From: an uncultured Aliarcobacter sp.
GTDB taxonomy: Bacteria > Campylobacterota > Campylobacteria > Campylobacterales > Arcobacteraceae
Length of the DNA: 64,000 nt
Assembly: GCA_963664305.2 (NCBI GenBank)
Contig: CAXXLV010000001.1
Location: 608,001-672,000, forward strand
Reading direction: 5' to 3'
Shown: positions 56,002 through 64,000 of the stretch, piece by piece
Layout: each line of letters begins with the position of its first letter
Position numbering within the stretch: the stretch's first letter is position 1
Made by a program: the position numbers and the translations under genes
The notes under the pieces: generated by a model
The model's input: only the letters and a program-made list of their open reading frames with translations
What the model was told of the DNA's origin: nothing
Database searches by the model: none

Positions 56002-57660
56002 TTATATTAAACATTGTTTTTTAGCTAATAACTCATTTAAAATTGAGTGATTTAAAGAGTAATCTACTGCTAAATCAATTAAGTGAACACCTTTACCATT
56101 TACACAAGCATCTAAAGTTTTTTCAAACTCTTCAACTGATGTTGGTCTGTGTCCTGTTGCACCATAAGATTCTGCATATTTAACAAAATCTGGGTTTCCT
56201 AAATCTAAACCAAATGTTTCGAATCCCATACCTGTTTGTTTCCATTTAATCATACCGTATGCATTGTCATTTAAGATAATAACTGTTAAATCTAATCCTA
56301 ATCTTACAGCTGTTTCTAACTCTTGAGAGTTCATCATAAATCCACCATCACCACAAACAGCAACAACTTTTTTCTCTGGATTTATCATTTTTGCAGCCAT
56401 TCCTGAAGGAAGTCCAGCACCCATAGTTGCAAGCGCATTATCTAATAAAAGTGTATTTGGTTGAGCACATCTATAGTTTCTTGCAAACCAGATTTTATAA
56501 ACACCATTATCAAGTGTTACGATATCTTCTGGATTTAAAGTTTGTCTAATAGCACGTACTGCTCTTTGAGGTAAAATTGGGAATCTATTATCACCAAAAT
56601 ATTTTGATAATCTAGTTCTAATTTCATCTGCTAATCTTGCATAGTAATCAAAATCCCAGTGAGATTGAGCAGTGATTGCTTCTGTAATTTCTTGAATACT
56701 TCCAGCAATATCACCAACTACGTCTAATTGTGGGAAATATGTATCATCAACTTCTGATGGGAAGAAATTAACGTGAATAACTTTTGTAGCATCTGGTTTA
56801 TTTTCCATGAAAAATGGTGGTTTTTCAATTACATCGTGACCTACATTGATGATTAAATCTGCTCTTTCAATTGCGCAGTGAATAAAGTCATCTTTAGAAA
56901 GTGCTGCAGTTGATAAACATAATGGGTGATTTTCATCAATAACACCTTTACCCATTTGAGTAGAGAAGAATGGCATTCCAGTTTTGTTTACAAAATCAGT
57001 TAATGCTGTACCAATTCTAGTTCTATTAGCACCTGCACCAATTAATAATAATGGTCTTTTTGCTTTTTCAATCATTGAAACTGCATCAGCAACAGCTGCT
57101 TCACAAGCAGTTGGATATTTGAAAGGTTTTACTGGATAGATATTAAATTCAACTTCTTCAGCTGCAATATCTTCTGGTAATTCAATATGAACTGCACCTG
57201 GTCTTTCAGTAGTTGCAATTTTAAATGCTTCTCTAACCATAGAAGGAATGTTATTACCATTTACAACTTGTTTAGCATATTTAGTCATTGGTTTCATCAT
57301 ACCAACGATATCAACGATTTGGAATCTACCTTGTTTAGATTTTTTGATTGGTTTTTGCCCTGTAATCATCATCATTGGCATACCACCAAGTTGTGCATAA
57401 GCAGCACTTGTAGCAAAGTTAGTAGCTCCAGGCCCAAGAGTAGAGATACAAACTCCAACTTTTCCTGTTAATCTTCCATAAGTTGCAGCCATAAATCCTG
57501 CACCTTGCTCATGTCTTGTTAAAATAAGTTTGATATTTGAAGTTCTTAAGGCCTCAAGAAAATCAAGATTTTCTTCACCTGGAATTCCAAAAATATACTC
57601 AACACCTTCGTTTTCTAATGCTTTTATGAATAATTCTGATGCATTCATTTTAGTCTCCAT
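56002..57660 (-). CDS. ThDP-dependent acetolactate-synthase-like enzyme (possible 2-oxoacid decarboxylase)
   Basis: FGIPGEENL, RHEQ, GPGATN, GDGGFMMN...NDN. Confidence 0.88.
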   Translation of the reverse strand: METKMNASELFIKALENEGVEYIFGIPGEENLDFLEALRTSNIKLILTRHEQGAGFMAATYGRLTGKVGVCISTLGPGATNFATSAAYAQLGGMPMMMITGQKPIKKSKQGRFQIVDIVGMMKPMTKYAKQVVNGNNIPSMVREAFKIATTERPGAVHIELPEDIAAEEVEFNIYPVKPFKYPTACEAAVADAVSMIEKAKRPLLLIGAGANRTRIGTALTDFVNKTGMPFFSTQMGKGVIDENHPLCLSTAALSKDDFIHCAIERADLIINVGHDVIEKPPFFMENKPDATKVIHVNFFPSEVDDTYFPQLDVVGDIAGSIQEITEAITAQSHWDFDYYARLADEIRTRLSKYFGDNRFPILPQRAVRAIRQTLNPEDIVTLDNGVYKIWFARNYRCAQPNTLLLDNALATMGAGLPSGMAAKMINPEKKVVAVCGDGGFMMNSQELETAVRLGLDLTVIILNDNAYGMIKWKQTGMGFETFGLDLGNPDFVKYAESYGATGHRPTSVEEFEKTLDACVNGKGVHLIDLAVDYSLNHSILNELLAKKQCLI

Positions 57661-57887
57661 TAATTTTTTAAAAATAATAATTGATAATCACATTCCATAA
57701 CTATTTAATTCTTATTAAATTACACTAATATTTTATTTTGAATATGATACTTTTTTATTGTTATTATACAACTCGCGAATTATAGTTGATTAACACTTAA
57801 TATTATAACCATATTACTCCATATAGTTTAGATAATATTAATAATATTTTGTATACTATAATTCAATATTTAACAAAAGGTTACACT

Positions 57888-58481
57888 ATGAAGAAAATTT
57901 TACTAATTTTGTTACTTGCAATAGTCTTGCCATTTACATATTTAATTGTTGCAAATTACAACAATATTCCAAAGCTTGACGAAAATGTAAAAGAAAAATG
58001 GTCACAAGTACAAAATCAATACAAAAGAAGAGCTGATTTAATCCCAAATCTTGTTGAAACAGTAAAAGCTTATGCTGCACATGAAAAAAGTACATTTGTT
58101 GAAGTAACAGAAGCAAGAAGTAAAGTATCTGCTATAAATATCAATGAAAATACACTTAATAATCCTGCACTTTTACAGCAATTTGATAGTGCACAAGCTG
58201 GATTAACTAGTGCTTTATCAAAACTTATGGTTGTTGTTGAAAAATATCCTGAACTTAAAGCAAATGAAAATTTTATGGCTCTTCAATCACAACTTGAAGG
58301 AACTGAAAATAGAATTACAGTTGCAAGACGAGATTTTATTGAAGCTGTAAAACTTTATAATTTAGAATTAAGAACCATGCCAGGAAAACTTGTAGCGGCC
58401 ATTGCTCATCCTGAAGCACAAATCAAAGAAACTTTTACAGCTAGTCCAACGGAGCAAGAAGCTCCAAAAGTAAAATTCTAA
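57888..58481 (+). CDS. lemA: LemA family protein
   Basis: YKRRADLIPNLVETVKAYA, YPELKAN, EGTENRI; start at ATG 57888 after AAGG. Confidence 0.93.
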   Translation: MKKILLILLLAIVLPFTYLIVANYNNIPKLDENVKEKWSQVQNQYKRRADLIPNLVETVKAYAAHEKSTFVEVTEARSKVSAININENTLNNPALLQQFDSAQAGLTSALSKLMVVVEKYPELKANENFMALQSQLEGTENRITVARRDFIEAVKLYNLELRTMPGKLVAAIAHPEAQIKETFTASPTEQEAPKVKF

Positions 58482-59098
58482 TGATTTTAAACGATAAAGA
58501 AAAAAAACTAATTTCAGAAGAGATAGAAAATCTTGAAAAATTTTCTTCTGCTGAATTAGTCGCAGTTATAACTCAAAAGAGTTCTGATTATAAATATGCT
58601 GCACTTTTGATTTCAATATTTTTTGTTTTTGCTTTTTCTTTTGTTATCTATTTTTTAAAAGAGTTATCTACTTTAGAACTACTTCAATATCAACTTTTGA
58701 TTTTTGTAGGGATAAATTTATTATTTGAAAATTATAAAAAATTAATTTTAACTATTTTACCTCAAAGTTACAAATATCAAAAAGCATCTTTATATGCAAT
58801 TGAACAATTTAATAATTTAGGATTAAATAGAACAAAAACAAAACAAGCAATTATGTTTTTTGTTAGTTTAGATGAAAAGTATGTAAAAATCATAACTGAC
58901 TCTGAAATTTCAAAAAAAATACCTGATGAATTTTGGCATCAGTTGGTACATGAATTTATAAGTGATGTAAAAAAAGAGGATTTCTTAAATGGTTATTTAA
59001 AAGCTCTAAAAACATCAAAAGCTATTTTAACACAACATTTTCCAATTCAAGAAAATGATATAAATGAATTATCAAATGAAGTAATTGAGTTAAAATGA
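58481..59098 (+). CDS. TPM domain-containing membrane protein
   Basis: EKFSSAELV, TKTKQAIMFFVS, HFP...NEL. Confidence 0.85.
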   Translation: MILNDKEKKLISEEIENLEKFSSAELVAVITQKSSDYKYAALLISIFFVFAFSFVIYFLKELSTLELLQYQLLIFVGINLLFENYKKLILTILPQSYKYQKASLYAIEQFNNLGLNRTKTKQAIMFFVSLDEKYVKIITDSEISKKIPDEFWHQLVHEFISDVKKEDFLNGYLKALKTSKAILTQHFPIQENDINELSNEVIELK

Positions 59099-60003
59099 AA
59101 AAAATTATATTAATCTTACTTTTTATTTTTAATTTTTTAAATGCTGATATAACTCAATATTTTCCTAAACTTGATGGAAGAGTAATTGATGAAGCTAACT
59201 TACTATCAAATCCAGTTAAAAAAGATTTAAACCTAATCTTAAAAGAGGAAGAAGATAAAAGTTCAAATCAAGTTGTAGTTGTTATTTTAAACTCTTTAAA
59301 TGGATATACAATTGAAGAATACTCTTATCAACTTGGAAGATATTGGGGAATAGGACAAAAAGATAAAAACAATGGTGTTTTACTTGTAATTTCTATGGAA
59401 GAACGAAAAATTAGAATAGAAGTTGGTTATGGACTTGAAGGTGCATTGACAGATAAAATAGCCCATGAAATTATTAATTATACGATTAAACCCAACTTTA
59501 AAGCAAATCAATATGAACTTGGAATTTTAAAGGCAATAAATGAAATAAAAGCTGCAATAAAAGGTGAATATGTTGCAAAAGCAAAAACAGGAGATGATTT
59601 TAATTCTGCTTTTAATGCAATTATTCCTTTAGCTTTTGGTGCACTAATCTTTTTTTCAATGATTGCAAATAGTGTTTCAAGGGAGTTAAGAAATCAATTT
59701 TTATACAAAACTTCAAAATCATCTATCTCTTCATCTTTCTTTGGTTTTTTTGCTTATGTGAGTTCCCAACCTTTTACAACTTATAATTTTTTAGTTGCAC
59801 TTGTTATTTTTATAATTGTGTTTATATTTAATTTTATAATCTCAGAAAAAGTAGATTTTGATAAACTTGCAAAAGAGAATTATACAAATAGTTCATCAGG
59901 ATTTGGTGGTTTTGGCTCATCTTCATCTTCAAGTGGTGGATTTGGTGGATTCTCTGGTGGCGGAGGAAGTTTTGGAGGAGGAGGCGCAAGTGGCGGCTGG
60001 TAA
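59095..60003 (+). CDS. TPM domain protein (YgcG-like) with Gly-rich tail
   Basis: WGIGQKDKNNGVLL, RIEVGYGLEG, GGGGSFGGGGASGGW. Confidence 0.9.
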   Translation: MKKIILILLFIFNFLNADITQYFPKLDGRVIDEANLLSNPVKKDLNLILKEEEDKSSNQVVVVILNSLNGYTIEEYSYQLGRYWGIGQKDKNNGVLLVISMEERKIRIEVGYGLEGALTDKIAHEIINYTIKPNFKANQYELGILKAINEIKAAIKGEYVAKAKTGDDFNSAFNAIIPLAFGALIFFSMIANSVSRELRNQFLYKTSKSSISSSFFGFFAYVSSQPFTTYNFLVALVIFIIVFIFNFIISEKVDFDKLAKENYTNSSSGFGGFGSSSSSSGGFGGFSGGGGSFGGGGASGGW

Positions 60004-60646
60004 AAAAACAATAATATTTGATTTAGATGGAACATTAATAGACTCTTTAGAAGATATTGCAGTATGTATGAATAAAGTTTTAGAAGATTTAAATCTTCCT
60101 ATTCACAAAATTGATGATTATAAATATTTTGTAGGAAGTGGTATTGATGTATTGGTTGAAAATGCATTAAAAGGTCATTCATTAGAGATAAAAAATGAAG
60201 TTTTAAATAGATTTAAAAAAGAGTATGATCAAAAGCTTCATAAAAATACAAAACCTTACGAAGGTATTTATGAGTTATTAGATGAACTTAAAAAGCTTGA
60301 TTATAATCTTGCTGTTTTATCAAATAAACCTCATGATTTTACAGTGCAATATGTAGATTATTTATTTAAAGACTATGGTTTCAAAGAGGTTCATGGACAA
60401 AAAGTTGAAGTTCCAAGAAAACCACATCCAATTGGAGCAATAACTATAGCTGAGGCTTTAAATGTTCCTTGTGAAGAGGTATTTTTTGTAGGAGATACTT
60501 TAGTTGATATGAAAACTGCAAAAGGTGCTAATATGAAAGCAATTGGTGTTTTATGGGGATTTAGAGATGAAAAAGAACTAAATGAACATGGCGCAGATTT
60601 TATAGTAAAACATCCTTTAGATATTTTAGAAATTGTAAAGAAGTAA
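59990..60646 (+). CDS. HAD-family hydrolase (phosphoglycolate phosphatase-like)
   Basis: FDLDGTL, SNK, KP, VGD; probable start GTG 59990. Confidence 0.88.
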   Translation: MAAGKKTIIFDLDGTLIDSLEDIAVCMNKVLEDLNLPIHKIDDYKYFVGSGIDVLVENALKGHSLEIKNEVLNRFKKEYDQKLHKNTKPYEGIYELLDELKKLDYNLAVLSNKPHDFTVQYVDYLFKDYGFKEVHGQKVEVPRKPHPIGAITIAEALNVPCEEVFFVGDTLVDMKTAKGANMKAIGVLWGFRDEKELNEHGADFIVKHPLDILEIVKK

Positions 60647-60655
60647 AAAACTTCT

Positions 60656-61465
60656 TTACTCTTTTTCATAACCCATTTTTTTCAAAATCTCTATAACACT
60701 AGAACCATTCTTTTCAGCAATATCTTTAAATTTATCATCTTTTTTTGCATCTATTCCTAGATTTTTTAATTTCAAAATAAACTCTTGAGTTGATATATTT
60801 AAATCAAAAGCTAACTCTTCTACTGTTTTTTTACCTAAACCAGTTAAAGGTAAAGTTTTATTACTGTTTTTTAAATTCTTTTTTAGAAGCTCATAAATAA
60901 AACTAGCACTTATGTCATTTTCTTTTGCTATTTGAGCTAAACTTTTTTCCTCTTCAAATAAGATATTGTTTTTTGTCAAAATATTTTTTGATTCTTCTAA
61001 ATCTAAGCCAACTTTATTTACAAAACTTTTCAAAGATGATAATTCAGCATGTTGATATGGAGCAGATACAACACCTTTTTCCCAAGAGTTTTTTATTTTA
61101 TCTCCAAAATTTAAAAAAGTCGAAAATGGTACAACTTCATAAATTGTTCCTACTAAAAATAAAACAAAAAGAATTAATGAAACTATCATCTCTTTTGTAA
61201 AAAGAACAAACTCTCTTAAATCATTTTTCATATAACTTATCATTGGTCTAAAATTATAAAAAATATGAAGAAGTGTTGCAACAACAAATAAAACCATAAA
61301 TGTTGTATGAATATTTGCAATTAACTCTTTTGTTAATCCAAATATTTGCCAATTTGTCCAGTTTGCAACTCTTCCAGGAGGTGTAATAAAAAGTAGAATT
61401 CCAGTGAATGTCATTGCTAACATACTTAATAGCATCGTTAATGAAGTGATTTTCTTTAAGCTCAT
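60656..61465 (-). CDS. DUF4405-like membrane protein
   Basis: TGILLF..P, two TM His residues (NIHT, LLHI..N), duplicated C-terminal helical module. Confidence 0.75.
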   Translation of the reverse strand: MSLKKITSLTMLLSMLAMTFTGILLFITPPGRVANWTNWQIFGLTKELIANIHTTFMVLFVVATLLHIFYNFRPMISYMKNDLREFVLFTKEMIVSLILFVLFLVGTIYEVVPFSTFLNFGDKIKNSWEKGVVSAPYQHAELSSLKSFVNKVGLDLEESKNILTKNNILFEEEKSLAQIAKENDISASFIYELLKKNLKNSNKTLPLTGLGKKTVEELAFDLNISTQEFILKLKNLGIDAKKDDKFKDIAEKNGSSVIEILKKMGYEKE

Positions 61466-61556
61466 AATAACTCCTTATTATGGGAAAATTATAACATCAA
61501 TTTATAAAAATCTTTATTGTAATTTTTTTGATATAATATTTTTTTAAAGGATTAAA

Positions 61557-61778
61557 ATGGGTGATAAATATATTCCAATTGCATGTCAGTTATATGATAG
61601 ACTTGAAGAGTTAGCTGTAAAAAAAATCAAAACTAAAATTACCTATCTTGACTATTATGAAGAAAAAATAGTTGAAGATTTTATTGTAGATTTTAGAACA
61701 AAAAATAAAGAAGAGTATTTGATACTTTCAAGTGGATTAGAAATCCGACTTGATAAGATAAAAGAATTAATTTCTTAA
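61557..61778 (+). CDS. rof: Rof/YaeO-like Rho-binding antiterminator
   Basis: YIPIACQLYDRLE...KNKEEYL...EIRLDKI matches the recalled Rof pattern; AAGGA RBS. Confidence 0.75.
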   Translation: MGDKYIPIACQLYDRLEELAVKKIKTKITYLDYYEEKIVEDFIVDFRTKNKEEYLILSSGLEIRLDKIKELIS

Positions 61779-61996
61779 GCTAATATCTTTACATCTTTTA
61801 TAAATTTTTCCATTCCCATTGGGTCAGGAACTATAAAAGAGATAATCCCTTCGTTTACAATTGCTTTTGCTTTTGCTTGTTCAACTGTTTCTTCACCGTT
61901 AAAATAATCTTTGTTTAAATATTCAACCAAATATTCTAAACCTTCTAATATGTTTAATCTTTTTAGTTCTTCTTGAGTATTTGCAATAAAGCTCAT
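61775..61996 (-). CDS. Small hypothetical protein
   Basis: Start probably ATG 61996, 6 nt after AGGGGA. Confidence 0.6.
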   Translation of the reverse strand: MSFIANTQEELKRLNILEGLEYLVEYLNKDYFNGEETVEQAKAKAIVNEGIISFIVPDPMGMEKFIKDVKILA

Positions 61997-62083
61997 TTTC
62001 ATTCCCCTGTTTAAAAATTTTAATTCTACCAAACAATTTACTCACAAAAGACTTTTTTATAAAATATTTATCTTTTTAAAAGG

Positions 62084-62110
62084 TTGTATATGCAACTATT
62101 GCATATACAA
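62084..62110. promoter_or_regulatory. MarR-type operator
   Basis: TTGTATATGCAA-CTA-TTGCATATACAA, perfect 12-bp inverted repeat upstream of marR. Confidence 0.75.
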
Positions 62111-62123
62111 TTAAAGGATTATT

Positions 62124-62552
62124 ATGGCTTATGAATTAGAAAAATCACTTGGTTTCAAAATAAACCAAACAGCAAATAAAATAAATAATAAGTTTACAAA
62201 ACTTCTTAATAATTTTGACATAGCACCTGAACAAAGGGCAGCTTTAGAGATTATAAAATATGAAAAAGATGTAAACCAAACAAAAATTGCAAATATTTTA
62301 GGTAAAGATAAAACTACTATTAGTAGAACTCTTAGCGCTTTAGAAAAAAAAGGTTTTATTTCAAAAAAACAAATTGATAAAAGAACAAATTTGATAGAAC
62401 TTACAAAACTTGGAAATGAAATTTTAGAAAAAAGTGCAACTCAAGTTAAAGAGTTTAGAACAAATTTATTTTCAAATTTAGAAAATGAAGAAGTAACTTC
62501 ACTTATTGATTTACTTGAAAAAGTTGCTTCAAATGTTGAAGAGAAACAATGA
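62124..62552 (+). CDS. MarR family transcriptional regulator
   Basis: QTKIANILGKDKTTISRTLSALEKKGFI, DKR, LT..G. Confidence 0.93.
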   Translation: MAYELEKSLGFKINQTANKINNKFTKLLNNFDIAPEQRAALEIIKYEKDVNQTKIANILGKDKTTISRTLSALEKKGFISKKQIDKRTNLIELTKLGNEILEKSATQVKEFRTNLFSNLENEEVTSLIDLLEKVASNVEEKQ

Positions 62553-63700
62553 AAAAATCAATTAATCATATATATCTAATCATTTTATTATCTGTTTTAT
62601 CATCTGTTGCTCCAATGGGAATAGATACATATTTACCCTCTATTCCAGAAATTGCAAAATCACTTTTAGTTAGTATTGATAAAATAGAATTATCTTTATC
62701 AATCTTTTTAATAGGTTTTTCTGTAGGACAAATTTTTGGTGGACCAATCTCTGATAGATATGGAAGAAAACTTAGTTCTATTTTTGGTCTTTTGGGTTAT
62801 GCATTATTTAGTTTTATAATCATTTTTAGTTCTACTATTTATGAATTATGGATTTATAGATTCTTTGAAGCATTCTTTGGAGGAATTGTAGTTGTAAATG
62901 CTGCTGCTGCTGTAAGAGATAGATTTCATGGGGCTGAAGCTGCAAAAGTATTTTCATTGATAGGAATTGTAAGAAGTTTAGCTCCACTTTTAGCACCTGC
63001 AATTGGAGCAGCAATTATTCACTTTTTCTCTTGGGAAGCGGTGTTTATATTTTTAACTATCTATGCATTAATTGTTGCATTTTTTGTATATAAAGATTTG
63101 CCAGAAAGTTATACTTATGTAAAACAAAATATTTTTGAATCGTATAAAATAGTACTAAAACATAAAACTGCTATGAAAGCTATGCTAACACTTGGATTTA
63201 GTTTTGGTGGTTTTTTTATAATTATTGCTAAGACTTCATTTATCTATATCGAACATTTTAAAATTGAAACAGATTATTTTCCTTTTTTCTTTGGGATAAA
63301 CTTTATTTTATTAATTTTGATGATAAAAGTAAATGTAAACTTACTAAAAAAATACAATGATTTACTTATTTTAAAAACAGCTATTCTTGTGCAAATTATT
63401 GTTGGTATTATATTTACATTAACGCAAGAAAATATCAGTTTGATTTTAATAGTAATTTTAATTGCATCTTATATGAGTATGATGGCTTTCATTTTTGGTA
63501 ATTGTATGGCTTTAGCTTTAGAACATTTTCCTAAAAATGCAGGTGTTGCTTCTGGAGTAATTGGTGTTTTACAATTTGGTTTAGGAGCTATTATTTCATC
63601 TTTAGCTCTTAGTTTTCATAACGATACTTTTTTACCAATATCTTTAAGTATCACAATTATTTCAATAATCTCTTATTTGATTATTAGAACATATAAATAA
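62549..63700 (+). CDS. Bcr/CflA (DHA1) multidrug efflux MFS transporter
   Basis: DTYLPSIP, GPISDRYGRK, APAIG. Confidence 0.92.
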   Translation: MKKSINHIYLIILLSVLSSVAPMGIDTYLPSIPEIAKSLLVSIDKIELSLSIFLIGFSVGQIFGGPISDRYGRKLSSIFGLLGYALFSFIIIFSSTIYELWIYRFFEAFFGGIVVVNAAAAVRDRFHGAEAAKVFSLIGIVRSLAPLLAPAIGAAIIHFFSWEAVFIFLTIYALIVAFFVYKDLPESYTYVKQNIFESYKIVLKHKTAMKAMLTLGFSFGGFFIIIAKTSFIYIEHFKIETDYFPFFFGINFILLILMIKVNVNLLKKYNDLLILKTAILVQIIVGIIFTLTQENISLILIVILIASYMSMMAFIFGNCMALALEHFPKNAGVASGVIGVLQFGLGAIISSLALSFHNDTFLPISLSITIISIISYLIIRTYK

Positions 63701-63713
63701 AAGGATTTTTTAA

Positions 63714-63941
63714 ATGATTATAAGAAGAAAATACGAAAGAATAGTTTTTGCTTTTGTGATGAGTTTTATCATGAGTTTCATCATGAGTTTTGTGATTACT
63801 TTTATCAATCTTGGTTTTATTGATGGATTTATATTGATTTGGCTTGAAGCTTGGGTAAAGGCCTTTTTTGTAGCTTTTCCAGTTATTACTATTATTTCAC
63901 CATTGGTAAAATATTTAGTTCATAAATTATTAAAAGATTAG
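63714..63941 (+). CDS. DUF2798-like small membrane protein
   Basis: MSFIMSFIMSFV...W..AF.VAFP. Confidence 0.8.
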   Translation: MIIRRKYERIVFAFVMSFIMSFIMSFVITFINLGFIDGFILIWLEAWVKAFFVAFPVITIISPLVKYLVHKLLKD

Positions 63942-63960
63942 GAAATTTCCTAATCTTTTA
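63931..63960. terminator. Bidirectional terminator (30-bp perfect palindrome)
   Basis: TAAAAGATTAGGAAATTTCCTAATCTTTTA. Confidence 0.7.
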
Positions 63961-64000
63961 CACTTCTAAATCAAAAAATGATTCTTCAACTTTTTGATAT
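63958..64000 (-). CDS. 3' end of a CDS entering from beyond the window
   Basis: ...YQKVEESFFDLEV-TAA ending at the terminator. Confidence 0.4.
   Translation of the reverse strand, partial: YQKVEESFFDLEV

Noticed and set aside
56002..57660. Annotation as biosynthetic ilvB/ilvI
   Set aside because: No small subunit or ilvC adjacent, and the motifs fit the divergent ALS-like decarboxylase group
59858..59989. Long N-terminal extension of the HAD ORF overlapping the TPM gene
   Set aside because: Alternate-frame read of the Gly-rich tail; GTG 59990 is the better start
63759..63794. ATGAGTTTYATC-like tandem repeat as a contingency locus
   Set aside because: In-frame, imperfect 12-nt repeat encoding the MSFI motif typical of this small membrane protein family

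Overview
AT-rich, gene-dense core-genome window from an Arcobacteraceae (Campylobacterota) bacterium. The taxon is judged from the 16S sequence, the Ile-Ala spacer tRNAs and gene order such as lpxB-fabZ-lpxA-clpX-mreBC and secG-frr-pyrE. The window holds about 60 CDSs, mostly housekeeping (nfo, queH, lpxB, fabZ, lpxA, clpX, mreBC, ribE, mnmG, ccoG, pyrG, recJ, dnaE, surE, moaC, rpsU, secG, frr, pyrE, ung), and one complete minus-strand rRNA operon (16S-tRNAIle-tRNAAla-23S-5S) with a consensus sigma70 promoter. I saw no mobile element, prophage, CRISPR array or defence island. Best leads: (1) a PlcP-type phospholipase C plus patatin pair behind a Pho-box-like, apparently leaderless promoter, suggesting phosphate-starvation lipid remodelling; (2) a ThDP enzyme plus aldehyde dehydrogenase operon resembling the cyanobacterial 2-oxoglutarate decarboxylase/SSADH TCA bypass; (3) a Rof/YaeO-like Rho inhibitor; (4) a Crp/Fnr-YgbA divergon with a perfect palindromic operator; (5) a stand-alone LuxR-like HTH with an acidic recognition helix; (6) a probable ATT-initiated lipoprotein. 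Family calls come from motif recognition and recalled sequences, not database searches.
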